Positions 1 through 9,231 of a DNA stretch of 64,000 nt are shown here, piece by piece. The notes beneath the pieces were generated by a model, which searched no databases, was not told the DNA's origin, and saw nothing but the letters and a program-made list of their open reading frames with translations. The stretch spans positions 960,001-1,024,000 of the forward strand of contig CAWDSK010000003.1 of NCBI GenBank assembly GCA_963804995.1, written 5' to 3'. The position numbers and the translations under genes are program-made. The stretch comes from an uncultured Acidobacteriota bacterium. Lineage in GTDB: Bacteria; Acidobacteriota; Terriglobia; UBA7540. The first letter of the stretch is position 1; the number at the start of each line of letters is the position of its first letter.

Positions 1-615
1 AGACTCGGTGCGGCCGGCCCCCACCAAGTGTCGAACCTGATCTACGACTTTGGGAAGCGCCGCCGTGACCACGCGTGAAAGCCCCTCTCCGAAGGCGAAG
101 GTCTCAGCCGAAACCGTGATCGCCACGCCGCGGGGCCGTGCTCCATATAGATTCTGGGCGTTGGCCAGCAGACCGGAGGGTGTCGAGCTATGCGTGAACC
201 CTGACGGACTCGGGGCTTGAGGTTGAACAATTCGCCGGTGGATACGCCCGGGCGTTCCCTGACAATCTGCGTCAATGAATACCGCGAGGTCGCACCGGCT
301 GAGTTGTTCTGAGAGCTCTGGGGTAAGCTGGTGGCAGGTAACCACATCAATCCCCCGCCCCCGCAGCGTTACTGAGAGAGCCTGGGCCGCATGCCAGCCG
401 AATCCGTCATCGCCCCGCAGGGGGTTCCCGTAGCCGATGATGAGCACCCGAAGTCCGTGGTGCGAAGTCCGCAGGAGACGTTCAGAGTTCGAAATTCGAA
501 ACTCGAAATTCGAAACTCGCAAATCGTTCGAGCTCTTGCCGATTTTCGATTTTCGATTTTCGACTTTCGCTTGCCGGATACCGGATTTCCGACCTCGGAC
601 TCCGGACTTACTCAT
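1..615 (-). CDS. hoxW: Hydrogenase maturation protease (HoxW/HyaD family); runs off the left edge of the window
   Basis: Not in the ORF track; translated by hand on the minus strand. ATG at 615 overlaps the hoxH stop (ATGA). The frame reads ...RVLIIGYGNPLRGDDGFG...CHQLTPELSE...AVFIDAD...FTH...FAFGEGLS, carrying the GNxLxxDDG, DA and H motifs. An alternative GTG start lies at 447. Confidence 0.88.
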   Translation of the reverse strand, partial: MSKSGVRGRKSGIRQAKVENRKSKIGKSSNDLRVSNFEFRISNSERLLRTSHHGLRVLIIGYGNPLRGDDGFGWHAAQALSVTLRGRGIDVVTCHQLTPELSEQLSRCDLAVFIDADCQGTPGRIHRRIVQPQAPSPSGFTHSSTPSGLLANAQNLYGARPRGVAITVSAETFAFGEGLSRVVTAALPKVVDQVRHLVGAGRTES

Positions 616-2033
616 TGACTCCTCAATTCATCCACCACCGAGCCATCTGACTCCAGCAACTGGATGCGCAGAGGTATCTGGCCGGAGGCATGGGTTGAGC
701 AGCTCAAGCAGGGATCATAGGCCCGCACCACGGCGGAAACGCGATTCAGCATTCCCTCCTTAAGGTGCTTGCCGTCGATGAAGTGACGAGCCACCTGCTC
801 AATGCTGCGGTTGATAGCCAGGTTGTTGTGTCCTGTAGCGATAATCAGGTTTGCCCAGGTGATGGCGCCCTGCTCGTTCACCTTGTAGTGATGGATCAGG
901 ATGCCGCGTGGCGCCTCAGCCATGCCCACACCTTCCAGGGAATTCACCCCCGCCCGAGCGCGCACCTGCGTGCCCAGAATGGCAGGATGATTCAGCAGAA
1001 TCTCCATGCGCTCCAACCCGTAGAGCGCTTCAATCAAGCGTGCGTAGTGGAAGTGGAAGGAACTTGGCACAATCTTTCCCAGGCGCTGGTGGAATTCTGA
1101 GAACTCCGCATCCGCTTCAGGCGTGCCACAGCTTTTCGCCACGTTCAGCCGCGCCAGGGGGCCGACCCGATAGACCCCGGCGGGATATCCCAGGGGCTTG
1201 TAGTAAGGCGCTTTCAGATAGGAGTTGGGCAGCGACGCCTCACCGATAAACTTGGCGTAGTCACGGGCCGGCACGTGGTCCGCAATAATTTTTCCATCCG
1301 GATCCTTGAAGCGGATATCACCGTCATAAAGCTGGAGCTTCCCGGCTGGGTCGACGAGGCCCGCGTACATGCTTGGCGCATTTCCAAAATGCTCGATTTC
1401 CTCTTTGAACTGGTCCAGCACGCCCTTAAAGAACTTCAGCGTGCGGCGGACAATGGCTTTGGCATCAGGCAAGCCAGCCAGGATCTTATCGCGCGTGGCT
1501 GAGGCAAGCGGCGCGTTGACTCCGCCCGGTACCGTCCAGGAGGGATGAATTCTTTCCTTGGCGAGGCCTTCAATCACTTGCTGCCCGTATTTCCGCAGGG
1601 CGATACCGTCGCGGGCAATGTCCGGGTACTTCTCGAGGATTCCCAAGACATTGCGGCTTGCGGGGTCGGAGTCCATTCCCAGCAGCAGATCGGGTGCGGA
1701 AAGATGGAAAAAGCTGAGCGCGTGCGATTGCACAAACTGGCCGCAATGCAGCACCTCGCGCAGCAGTGCGGCGGTTTCAGGGATGCGCACGCTCATGATG
1801 GCGTCGCAGGCTTTGGAGGAGGCCAGCAGGTGGCTGATGGGGCAGATCCCGCAAATCCGCGCCGTAATCGAGGGCATTTCATAATAGGGGCGGCCCTCCG
1901 TGAACTTTTCAAAGCCCCGCACCTGCGTCACATGGAACTGCGTCGAGGCGACATGCCCATCATCACCCAATTGGATGGTGATTTTGGCATGACCCTCAAT
2001 GCGCGTGACAGGATCGATCGTGATTCTCTTCAT
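612..2033 (-). CDS. hoxH: NAD-reducing [NiFe]-hydrogenase large subunit (group 3d-like)
   Basis: TRIEGH, RICGICP (L1) and DPCLSCSTH (L2) motifs, followed by a C-terminal extension of the type cleaved during maturation. Confidence 0.95.
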   Translation of the reverse strand: MKRITIDPVTRIEGHAKITIQLGDDGHVASTQFHVTQVRGFEKFTEGRPYYEMPSITARICGICPISHLLASSKACDAIMSVRIPETAALLREVLHCGQFVQSHALSFFHLSAPDLLLGMDSDPASRNVLGILEKYPDIARDGIALRKYGQQVIEGLAKERIHPSWTVPGGVNAPLASATRDKILAGLPDAKAIVRRTLKFFKGVLDQFKEEIEHFGNAPSMYAGLVDPAGKLQLYDGDIRFKDPDGKIIADHVPARDYAKFIGEASLPNSYLKAPYYKPLGYPAGVYRVGPLARLNVAKSCGTPEADAEFSEFHQRLGKIVPSSFHFHYARLIEALYGLERMEILLNHPAILGTQVRARAGVNSLEGVGMAEAPRGILIHHYKVNEQGAITWANLIIATGHNNLAINRSIEQVARHFIDGKHLKEGMLNRVSAVVRAYDPCLSCSTHASGQIPLRIQLLESDGSVVDELRSQ

Positions 2034-2049
2034 GGGTACCTCTCCTCAG

Positions 2050-2210
2050 GGCAGAAAGCAGAAGGCAGTAGGCAGAAAGCAGAAGGCAGTAAGCAGAAAG
2101 CAGAAGGCAGTAAGCAGAAGGCAGAAGGCAGTAAGCAGAAGGCAGAAGGCAGTAAGCAGAAGGCAGAAGGCAGTAAGCAGAAGGCAGAAAGCAGTAGGCA
2201 GTAAGCAGCA
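2050..2210. repeat. Long heptamer tandem array (GCAGAAG/GCAGTAA, 21-bp super-unit)
   Basis: gcagaaggcagtaagcagaag is repeated about 7 times just upstream of the hoxH RBS. Confidence 0.95.
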
Positions 2211-2220
2211 GGCCGAAAAA

Positions 2221-2791
2221 AGCAAGTCAAAAGGCAAAGCGCAAAACGCAAAAGGCAAAAGTAACATCCCAAGAACGACTTCATTGCAACCATAACTGCG
2301 GCTTTGCCTTTTGCGTTTAGCCTCTTGATTTGTTCTTCCCGTTGCCGGGAAACAAGACTAATCATGGGCTTTTTCCTTTGCCCTTCCCTTAGTGGTAGCG
2401 ACCGATTTTGAAAGGATCGCCAGCAACTGATTCGATTCATCTAATAGGCCGCACATTCGTTCTGCCGGAAACTTTCCGGACTTAACCAGGAGACGGAGCC
2501 AATAGTTAGATTCCCGCAACTCCTTCAGGGCAATCTGTAGCTTGTGGACAAAATCATCTTTGGACTCTGCTCCCCTCGCCTCTTCGTAGTTCGCACCTGC
2601 TGACGTACCACTACGCAGTAGTTGGTCCGCCACACGCCGTCCGACAAGCGTATTCGGCAGAGACTCAACCAGTTTGATGGTTCTTGCGCCATATTCCAAT
2701 AGCCGCTCTCGTAGATCCCGCCTCTCTTGGATCATTGCCGTCTGTCCCACGGTTTTGCCTTTTGACTTTTGCGTTTTGCCTTTTGACTTGT
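2221..2791. repeat. Inverted heptamer arrays (CAAAAGG/CAAAACG type) bracketing the four-helix-bundle gene
   Basis: 2222-2261 (gcaagtcaaaaggcaaagcgcaaaacgcaaaaggcaaaag) is a near reverse complement of 2752-2791 (gttttgccttttgacttttgcgttttgccttttgacttgt). Confidence 0.9.
2358..2750 (-). CDS. Four helix bundle protein (23S rRNA IVP-like family)
   Basis: Family-typical [46 protein letters not shown]. The real start may be the ATG at about 2735. Confidence 0.92.
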   Translation of the reverse strand: MGQTAMIQERRDLRERLLEYGARTIKLVESLPNTLVGRRVADQLLRSGTSAGANYEEARGAESKDDFVHKLQIALKELRESNYWLRLLVKSGKFPAERMCGLLDESNQLLAILSKSVATTKGRAKEKAHD

Positions 2792-2799
2792 TCTTGTCC

Positions 2800-3329
2800 T
2801 CACCCGAATTTCACCTTCGCACTCAAGTCAGGAATCCGCCCTTCAAGCAACTCCATCAACACGTAGGCGATGGCCGACGCAGGGGGCGGGCAACCTGGCA
2901 CAAACAGATCGACCTTGACCACCTCCTGCAACGGGATAGCACGTTTCAACAGTTGGGGCACGCCGTCAGTCGGTATGCGCGGCCGTTCATCAGCGCCCTG
3001 GATGTAGATTCGCTCCAGGAGTTTCCTGACCGGAATGGAATTGCGCATCCCCGGAACGTTACTGGTTATGGCGCAATCGCCCAACGCTACCAGTACCCGG
3101 GTGCATTCCCGGACATGCTTGATCTTCTCCAGGTCGTCCTGGTTTGAGACCGCTCCCTCCACGATGGTTACATCCACGTCTTCAGGAAACTCCTGGGCAT
3201 CGACCAGGGGCCATAGACCAAGTCAGCCTTTTGGGCCACGACGGCGATAGCTTCGTCAATATCCAGAATCGACATGTGGCAACCGGAGCAGCCATCCAGC
3301 CACAGCGTAGCCAGTTTCGCTTTCTTCAT
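2800..3329 (-). pseudogene. hoxY: [NiFe]-hydrogenase small subunit HoxY, split by a 1-base deletion (possibly a sequencing error)
   Basis: The N-terminal part MKKAKLATLWLDGCSGCHMS and the C-terminal part VEGAV...GDCA...VPGCPP are in different frames. Adding one base to the G4 run at 3207-3210 restores ...VYGPLVDAQEFPEDVDVTIVEG. The span is 530 nt (3n-1). Confidence 0.88.
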
Positions 3330-3461
3330 GCGTGCACTCCCCAGTCCAAATTTCACCGACCACTCGGCAAGAAGGTAGTAGGCAGAAGGCAGTAGGCAGA
3401 AAACGGCGCTATGCTGCAACTTGGGAACCTGGCGCAAACCTCTCGCGGTGTTCCAGCATAA

Positions 3462-3672
3462 CTAGTGTCGTGTCCCGAGTTAGAGTTGACAATGGGTAGA
3501 ACCCCCTCACCCGTCTGGCCTCGGCTGATGAGAACGCCTCGGCCAGCCACCCTCTCCCCCAAAGGGGCGAGGGCGAGAAAATTAACTCTCCCCTCGCCCC
3601 TTTGGGGGAGAGGGGTTGGGGGGTGAGGGGGTCGGCCAGCCTTGTCAAATATTAACCGGGACACCACACTAG
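3462..3672. mobile_element. MITE-like element with ~30-bp terminal inverted repeats and CTAG ends, containing CCCTCTCCC-type palindromes
   Basis: Left end is ctagtgtcgtgtcccgagttagagttgacaa; the right end reverse-complements to ctagtgtggtgtcccggttaatatttgacaa. No transposase is encoded. Confidence 0.8.
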
Positions 3673-3748
3673 GCAACATCATCCCAATCTCCTCATAGTG
3701 CCGTCTGCCTTCCGCCTTCCGCCTTCTGCCTTCAGCTTTCTGCCTTCT

Positions 3749-4459
3749 CTACGCGTGCACTCCCCGTTTAGTGGCCAGCCACTTGATGTTTTCATTGCGC
3801 TTGGCCATTTCTTCCACCGAACAACCCTTTTCCGCCAGCGCGCCCGTGGGGCAAACCTGCACGCACTTGCCGCAATTAGTGCAGGACTTCGATTCCCCCC
3901 AGGGCCGGTCGAGATCCGAGACCAGGCGCGAGTTAATGCCGCGGGCGCTGATTTCCCACACGTTTGCCCCTTCAACCTCTGCGCAGACACGCACGCAGCG
4001 GGTGCAAAGGATGCACCGGTTGTGATCCAAAACATACCGCTCGTGCGAAACATCCACGGACAAGCGTGGGTAATTGTAAGGGAAATTAACGTGCGTCACT
4101 CCCAGGCGCTGGGCCATGGCCTGCAGTTCGCAGTGATTGTTCGAGACGCAGACCGAGCAATAATGGTTGCGCTCGATCAGCAGGAACTCCAGGGCCATGC
4201 GCCGGTGGTGCAAAAGCTTTTCAGACTCAGTGGTCACCGACATGCCATTCTGAATGGGCGTCGTACAGGCCGGCAGCAGGCGTCCCACCCCGGCGACTTC
4301 CACCAGGCAGAGCCGGCAGGAACCAGAGGCAGTCAGCCCCTCCAGGAAGCAGAGGGTGGGGATGTACTTCTTGTTGGCGCGCGCCACGTCCAGAATGGTC
4401 TGGTTCTCGCTGGCCCGGCAAAGCTCACCGTCGATTCTCACTGAAATTTCTTGAGGCAT
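3749..4459 (-). CDS. hoxU: Bidirectional hydrogenase diaphorase Fe-S subunit HoxU (NuoG N-terminus-like)
   Basis: PTLC...GSCRLC...PAC [2Fe-2S] motif, HYCSVCxxxxHC, and two CxxCxxC ferredoxin motifs. Confidence 0.92.
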   Translation of the reverse strand: MPQEISVRIDGELCRASENQTILDVARANKKYIPTLCFLEGLTASGSCRLCLVEVAGVGRLLPACTTPIQNGMSVTTESEKLLHHRRMALEFLLIERNHYCSVCVSNNHCELQAMAQRLGVTHVNFPYNYPRLSVDVSHERYVLDHNRCILCTRCVRVCAEVEGANVWEISARGINSRLVSDLDRPWGESKSCTNCGKCVQVCPTGALAEKGCSVEEMAKRNENIKWLATKRGVHA

Positions 4460-4479
4460 CTCACTTCTCCTTTGCCAGA

Positions 4480-4553
4480 GTCGAAACTCGAAATTCGAAA
4501 CTCGAAATTCGATGCAGCGCGTGCGAGTTTCGAATTTCGAGTTTCGAGTTTCG
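4480..4553. repeat. Heptamer (TCGAAAC/TCGAAAT) inverted-array hairpin between hoxF and hoxU
   Basis: tcgaaactcgaaattcgaaactcgaaattcga followed by cgagtttcgaatttcgagtttcgagtttcg. Confidence 0.9.
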
Positions 4554-4556
4554 CTC

Positions 4557-7500
4557 CTACCGGCGTTCCGGCACGTGGCCGTTTTCGCGAATGTCGCAGC
4601 GCAGGCAGCGAGCCGCCTCTTCCAGAGCCTCCTCGGTCGTCAGAGGCAGCACTGCTTCCTGGAAATCCTTCACCCGAACCTTGGCAGGAAGCGGGTGCGG
4701 ATGATGCCGGCCGCACTCACTCGGCTGGGCAGGCGGCGTCTGGTCGTATTCGAAGTGCGGCATGAACTCCTGAACTCGCACTTCGTCCATTAACCGCTGG
4801 TCGATAAAGCGCGCCGCCTTCTTTCCGTAGCCCATAGCGTTTGAAACATTGGAAGCACCTGAAATCAGGTCGCCGCCGGCATAAAATTTTTCGCGGCTGG
4901 TCTCCAGCGTGTAGCGATCGAATTCAAGCGTCCCGTGCTCCGTGACGCTGAGGCCGGAGGCCTTGCAGAAATCGCGGTCCACCGCCTCGCCCACGGCGAG
5001 AACCACGGTGTCACACTTAAACCTCTGGATCTCTTCGGTGGGGATGGGCCGCCGGCGACCCGAGGAGTCGAACTCACCGAGGCGCGTCTTCACCACCTCA
5101 ATGGCTTTCACCGCGCCGTTTTCACCCACAATGCGGTGGGGGGTCGCGAGGAACACGAAGTGGGCGCCTTCCTGCTCAGCCGCTTCCACTTCTTCATTGA
5201 TAGCGGGCATATCTTTGCGCTCGCGACGGTAGATCACCGTGACGGTCGCGCCCTTGCGCAACGCCGTGCGCGCGGAATCGATGGCGGCGTTGCCGCCTCC
5301 GATGATGGCCACGCGTTGACCGAGCGCCACCGGTTCGCTCTTGGCGATGCCTTCCAAAAAGAGCAGCGCCGGCATAACACCCTTCAGTTCAGCTCCCGGC
5401 AGGTGAACCCCCGCCTCCTTCCAGGTACCGATGGAAAGGAAGACCGCGTCGAACTGCAAGCCGAGATCGTTGAGGGGAATGTCCGTCCCCACGCTCTTGT
5501 TGAACATAAAGTTGACGCCCACGCGGCGGATCAGTTCGATTTCCTTGGTAAGGACCGCTTTGGGCAAGCGATATTCGGGGAGCACATATCGCAACATGCC
5601 CCCGGCATCGGCGTGGGACTCAAAGATTGTGACCTCGTGGCCGAACAGGGCGAGGTAGAACGCCGCGGTAAGGCCTGCGGGACCCGCGCCCACCACCGCC
5701 ACCTTGCGGCCGGTGGACGCCATTCGCCGCGCCACAATGCGGCCCACCATTTCCTCGAAACGGTCCGAGAGCAGGATGGAATCCGCAATCAGCCGGTGCA
5801 CTTCGCGCATGTTCACCGCTGCATCCATGACGTGGCGGCGGCAGCGATTGTCGCAGGGATGCTGGCAAACGCGTCCCGTGGACGCCGGCAGCGGGTTATC
5901 CAGAATCACCGATTCAAAGGCTTCATCCAACCGCCCTTCCTTGTACAGCTCGAGGAAGCGCGGAATGTTCATGTGCAGCGGGCAACTGTTCTCACAGGGA
6001 GAAAGTGCGAGGTCCGGACACACGCCGGCGCGGCAGCGATGGGCGCGCAGGTGATCTTCAAATTCGTGCCGGAAGTGCCGCATCGTGGTGAGCACCGGAT
6101 TGGGCGCCGTTTGTCCCAGCCCGCAGAGTGAGGTGTCGCGAATCATGCGCCCCAGCTCGTCCAGGTGGGCCAAGTCCTCTTCCGTGCCCTTTCCCTGCGT
6201 GAAGTCATTCAGGATGCGCAGCCCTTTATCCAGCCCCACGCGGCAGGGCACGCATTTGCCGCACGACTCGGAGTGGGTGAACTCGATGAAGTAGCGGGCA
6301 ACGTCCACCATGCAGTTATCGTCGTCCATCACTACCATGCCGCCGGAGCCCATGATGGAGCCGAGCTTTGCCAGGGTTTCATAATCCACCGGAGTATCGA
6401 ACATCTCCTGCGGAATGCAGCCCCCCGATGGGCCACCCGTTTGCACGGCTTTGATGGCATGACCGCTGGCGGCGCCTTCACCCACGTCGTAAACAAATGT
6501 CTTGAGCGGCGTGCCCAACGGCATTTCCACCAGGCCCGTGTTTCTCACCTTGCCGACCAGGGAAAACACCTTGGTTCCGGGACTCTTGGCGCTGCCGGTT
6601 TCCGTGAACCAGGCCGGACCCTTGGCGACAATAGGAGCGATGTTGTACCAAGTCTCAACGTTGTTGATGTTGGTGGGATACCCCCACAGGCCTTTCTGCG
6701 CGGGAAAGGGCGGGCGTGGCCGGGGGCGGCCCGAAAGGCCTTCCAGTGAGCAGATGAGCGCCGTCTCTTCACCGCAGACGAAGGCGCCGGCGCCCTCCAC
6801 CAGCTCGATCTGGAAATTGAAACCGCGGCCGAGAATATCCTCACCCAGCAAACCGTATTCCTTTGCCTGTTCGACGGCGCGTTCCAGGCGGTGTACGGCC
6901 AGCGGGTATTCCGCCCGGATGTAAATGATGCCCAGGGTGGCGCCGGTCAGGAAGCCGCCAATCAGCATGCCTTCGAGCAGTGCGTGCGGGTCGCTTTCGA
7001 TTTCGTTCCGGTTCATGTAAGCGCCCGGGTCGCCCTCATCGGCATTGCAGATGATGTATTTCTTTTCCGCCACGGCTTTGCGGAGATAGTCCCACTTCTG
7101 CCCGGTGGAGAAGCCCGCCCCGCCCCGTCCGCGCAGCTTGGCTGCCTTGATCTGCTCAATGACCGCATCCGGCCGGTTATCGATCAGCACATTGTAGAGT
7201 GCCAGGTAACCGCCCGCGGCCATGAACTCTTCCACATCGTCAGGGTTTATCAGCCCGCAATTACGCATCACAATCTTCTTCTGGCCTTTGAAGAAGGGGA
7301 TGCTCTGCCAGGAAGGAATATTGGCGTAACCGTTGCCATACTTGATTTGCGCGGTGATGTGGTCCCACTCCTCGATTTTGCAGAGGGCCAGGTCCGCCGG
7401 AATATTCCCCATCATCACATCGTCGAGAATGTCGTCAACGTGGTTGGACTGCACCTGTTTCAGGATGACCAGGGGCCGGCCCGGAATCCAGATATTGACC

Positions 7501-7724
7501 AGGGGTTCCTGGGCGCAGAAGCCGAAGCAGCCGACGCGAGCCAATTGAATATCCAGCCCGCGCTTATCGATGGAATCCGCGAAGGCATGGAAGACGCCCT
7601 CCGACCCGTTGCCTGTGCCGCAGGTCCCCATGCCCACGGCGATGCGCGGCCGCAAGGGAAGAAGCTTGGCCATCCCCAGGCCACGAATTCTGCTGAACGT
7701 GCTCAAATCCCGGATGCGCGTCAT
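4557..7724 (-). CDS. hoxF: HoxF/NuoF/HydB-like FMN-NADH subunit fused to a C-terminal GltD/NfnB-like FAD-NAD(P)H oxidoreductase (~1055 aa)
   Basis: ATG at 7724 overlaps the hoxE stop (ATGA). N-terminal thioredoxin-like 2Fe-2S domain (GTCG, GCFGFC), then LRGRGGAGF, CNADEGDPGA, GAFVCGEET and ESCGKCVPCR. The C-terminal half has PCENSCP, GRVCQHPCDNRC, GAGPAG, GGGNAA, YRR and RCLRCD. Confidence 0.88.
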   Translation of the reverse strand: MTRIRDLSTFSRIRGLGMAKLLPLRPRIAVGMGTCGTGNGSEGVFHAFADSIDKRGLDIQLARVGCFGFCAQEPLVNIWIPGRPLVILKQVQSNHVDDILDDVMMGNIPADLALCKIEEWDHITAQIKYGNGYANIPSWQSIPFFKGQKKIVMRNCGLINPDDVEEFMAAGGYLALYNVLIDNRPDAVIEQIKAAKLRGRGGAGFSTGQKWDYLRKAVAEKKYIICNADEGDPGAYMNRNEIESDPHALLEGMLIGGFLTGATLGIIYIRAEYPLAVHRLERAVEQAKEYGLLGEDILGRGFNFQIELVEGAGAFVCGEETALICSLEGLSGRPRPRPPFPAQKGLWGYPTNINNVETWYNIAPIVAKGPAWFTETGSAKSPGTKVFSLVGKVRNTGLVEMPLGTPLKTFVYDVGEGAASGHAIKAVQTGGPSGGCIPQEMFDTPVDYETLAKLGSIMGSGGMVVMDDDNCMVDVARYFIEFTHSESCGKCVPCRVGLDKGLRILNDFTQGKGTEEDLAHLDELGRMIRDTSLCGLGQTAPNPVLTTMRHFRHEFEDHLRAHRCRAGVCPDLALSPCENSCPLHMNIPRFLELYKEGRLDEAFESVILDNPLPASTGRVCQHPCDNRCRRHVMDAAVNMREVHRLIADSILLSDRFEEMVGRIVARRMASTGRKVAVVGAGPAGLTAAFYLALFGHEVTIFESHADAGGMLRYVLPEYRLPKAVLTKEIELIRRVGVNFMFNKSVGTDIPLNDLGLQFDAVFLSIGTWKEAGVHLPGAELKGVMPALLFLEGIAKSEPVALGQRVAIIGGGNAAIDSARTALRKGATVTVIYRRERKDMPAINEEVEAAEQEGAHFVFLATPHRIVGENGAVKAIEVVKTRLGEFDSSGRRRPIPTEEIQRFKCDTVVLAVGEAVDRDFCKASGLSVTEHGTLEFDRYTLETSREKFYAGGDLISGASNVSNAMGYGKKAARFIDQRLMDEVRVQEFMPHFEYDQTPPAQPSECGRHHPHPLPAKVRVKDFQEAVLPLTTEEALEEAARCLRCDIRENGHVPERR

Positions 7725-8257
7725 TTCTTGGCTGTCTCCCTTCCCAGGTGATCGAGCTCCCGCTGCAGGGTTTGCTCGTTCATGTGGCCGTACACCGCGT
7801 GATTCACTTCGACGACCGGGGCCAGAGCGCACTGACCAAAGCAAGCCACCGTGCGGATGGTGAAGCGGCCATCCGGAGTGTTCATGGAAATCTTATCCAC
7901 CGGCTCCTCATCCGAGTCGTGGAAGCCCAACTTGAACATCAGACTTTCCAGCAGATCGCGCGAGCCCCGTGTGTGGCAAGCCGTGCCACGGCAAATGCAC
8001 ACCGTGTTCTGACCCTGCGGCTCGAGATTGAAGAGAGCGTAGAAAGTGACCACGCTGTAGATGCGGGCGAGCGGCGTGTCCGTCTTGGCAGCAATGTATT
8101 CGAGCGTCTCGCGCGCCAGGAATTTGCGCGGATGGTGCTCCTGCGCTCTTTCCAGCACACTGAGTAATGATCCGGGGTGGCCACGCTGCCCGGCAATCAA
8201 CTGGTCAAGAAACTCCTGATCCGCCTCGGTCAGCGGTTGTGAAATTAGTGCCTTCAT
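7721..8257 (-). CDS. hoxE: HoxE/NuoE-like [2Fe-2S] subunit
   Basis: YSVVTFY, CRGTACH and ACFGQCALAP motifs; AAGGAG RBS before the ATG at 8257. Confidence 0.9.
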   Translation of the reverse strand: MKALISQPLTEADQEFLDQLIAGQRGHPGSLLSVLERAQEHHPRKFLARETLEYIAAKTDTPLARIYSVVTFYALFNLEPQGQNTVCICRGTACHTRGSRDLLESLMFKLGFHDSDEEPVDKISMNTPDGRFTIRTVACFGQCALAPVVEVNHAVYGHMNEQTLQRELDHLGRETAKK

Positions 8258-8274
8258 GGGCCCACTCCTTTGTT

Positions 8275-8508
8275 CGGGATACGGGATACGGGATACGGGA
8301 CACGGGACACGGGATACGGGACACGGGATACGGGAACTAGATTTCGCCTGAATCCCACGCCAATATGTCGACCATCGAGCTTTGTACCTCGCGACTGCAA
8401 TCCCCACCCGAATACGTCTTGCCACGATGTGACTGCGCTCTCGCGGGGATTCGGGTGTCCAGGTTCGGCCGAACCCCGTATCCCGTGTCCCGATTCCCGT
8501 ATCCCGTC
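8275..8508. repeat. Inverted heptamer arrays (CGGGATA/CGGGACA) upstream of hoxE around a ~140-bp core
   Basis: 8275-8336 has about 9 units of cgggata/cgggaca; 8474-8508 is the reverse-complement array cccgtat/cccgtgt. Confidence 0.9.
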
Positions 8509-9231
8509 TTCATCACCGCCGCAACTCAACGCGCAGCACACCGCCATCGCACACCGCGCAATCCGGGTAGCCGACACCCTCAAGTGCGCCGCTTGTCAGA
8601 TTCTTGGCCAGAGAGCAAACACAGCAGGATGGCCGGTCCAAACCTGAGTTGCACTCCCCATCTCTTTCGACCATATATGTGCAAGACTTGAGCCAAATTG
8701 TTGTTTACAAGAACATCGGGACTATTAAGGAAACAAACGGCTTTGGTGGGGTAGTGGGACAAGATTACCGTGCGAACCGGGCCACATCGACATTTTGGCA
8801 TGCGGCACACCTGTCTGTGCGACCAATGCCCCAGTCACGAAGTCCCGCCTTGCGATATTTCAAGGTCCAAGCAGCCACGAAGCGCCACCGTTGCGGCCGG
8901 TCGAGTTCGGTCATTGTGTCGATGGGCTGTGAAGAATTCCCTGAACGAGCAAGAGCATCTCGCGCAGAGACGCAGAGGCTCAGAGCGGTGATGCCGCAAC
9001 CAAAAGAGAATCATAGCCCTCTCCGCAGGGGTCGCAGGTTCGCCGTGGCGGAAGAGGGTGGACCGCGGTCCCGATGTACTTAATCGGGAAGGGGGCCCCA
9101 TGTTTTGCAGGTTGTGGGGGTGAGGGGTCAGTTCGGAGCAAAATATTCCTGCCCAAGAAAACAAGAATTCACAGTATTGCCTTGCAGAGCCGCGTAGCGG
9201 CGACCGATACCGACAACCACGTGCCGCGAAC

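Noticed and set aside
1..450. Possible structured ncRNA at the window start, since the track shows no good ORF
   Set aside because: The minus strand encodes a clear hydrogenase maturation protease that runs off the edge.
612..2033. Selenocysteine-containing [NiFeSe] hydrogenase
   Set aside because: The C-terminal motif is DPCLSC with ordinary Cys codons and no in-frame TGA.
1545..2440. ORFs with KAEGSKQ or AFCLLPS peptide repeats (also at 54097-54564)
   Set aside because: These are translations of heptamer DNA arrays, which stay open in several frames; there is no evidence they are genes.
2358..2750. Diversity-generating retroelement, suggested by the Avd-like fold
   Set aside because: I found no reverse transcriptase and no TR/VR pair with adenine-specific mismatches in the window.
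4935..7751. Long plus-strand ORFs opposite hoxF (similarly 29186-30622 and 39024-40016)
   Set aside because: They are antisense shadows of GC-rich genes with no recognisable motifs.
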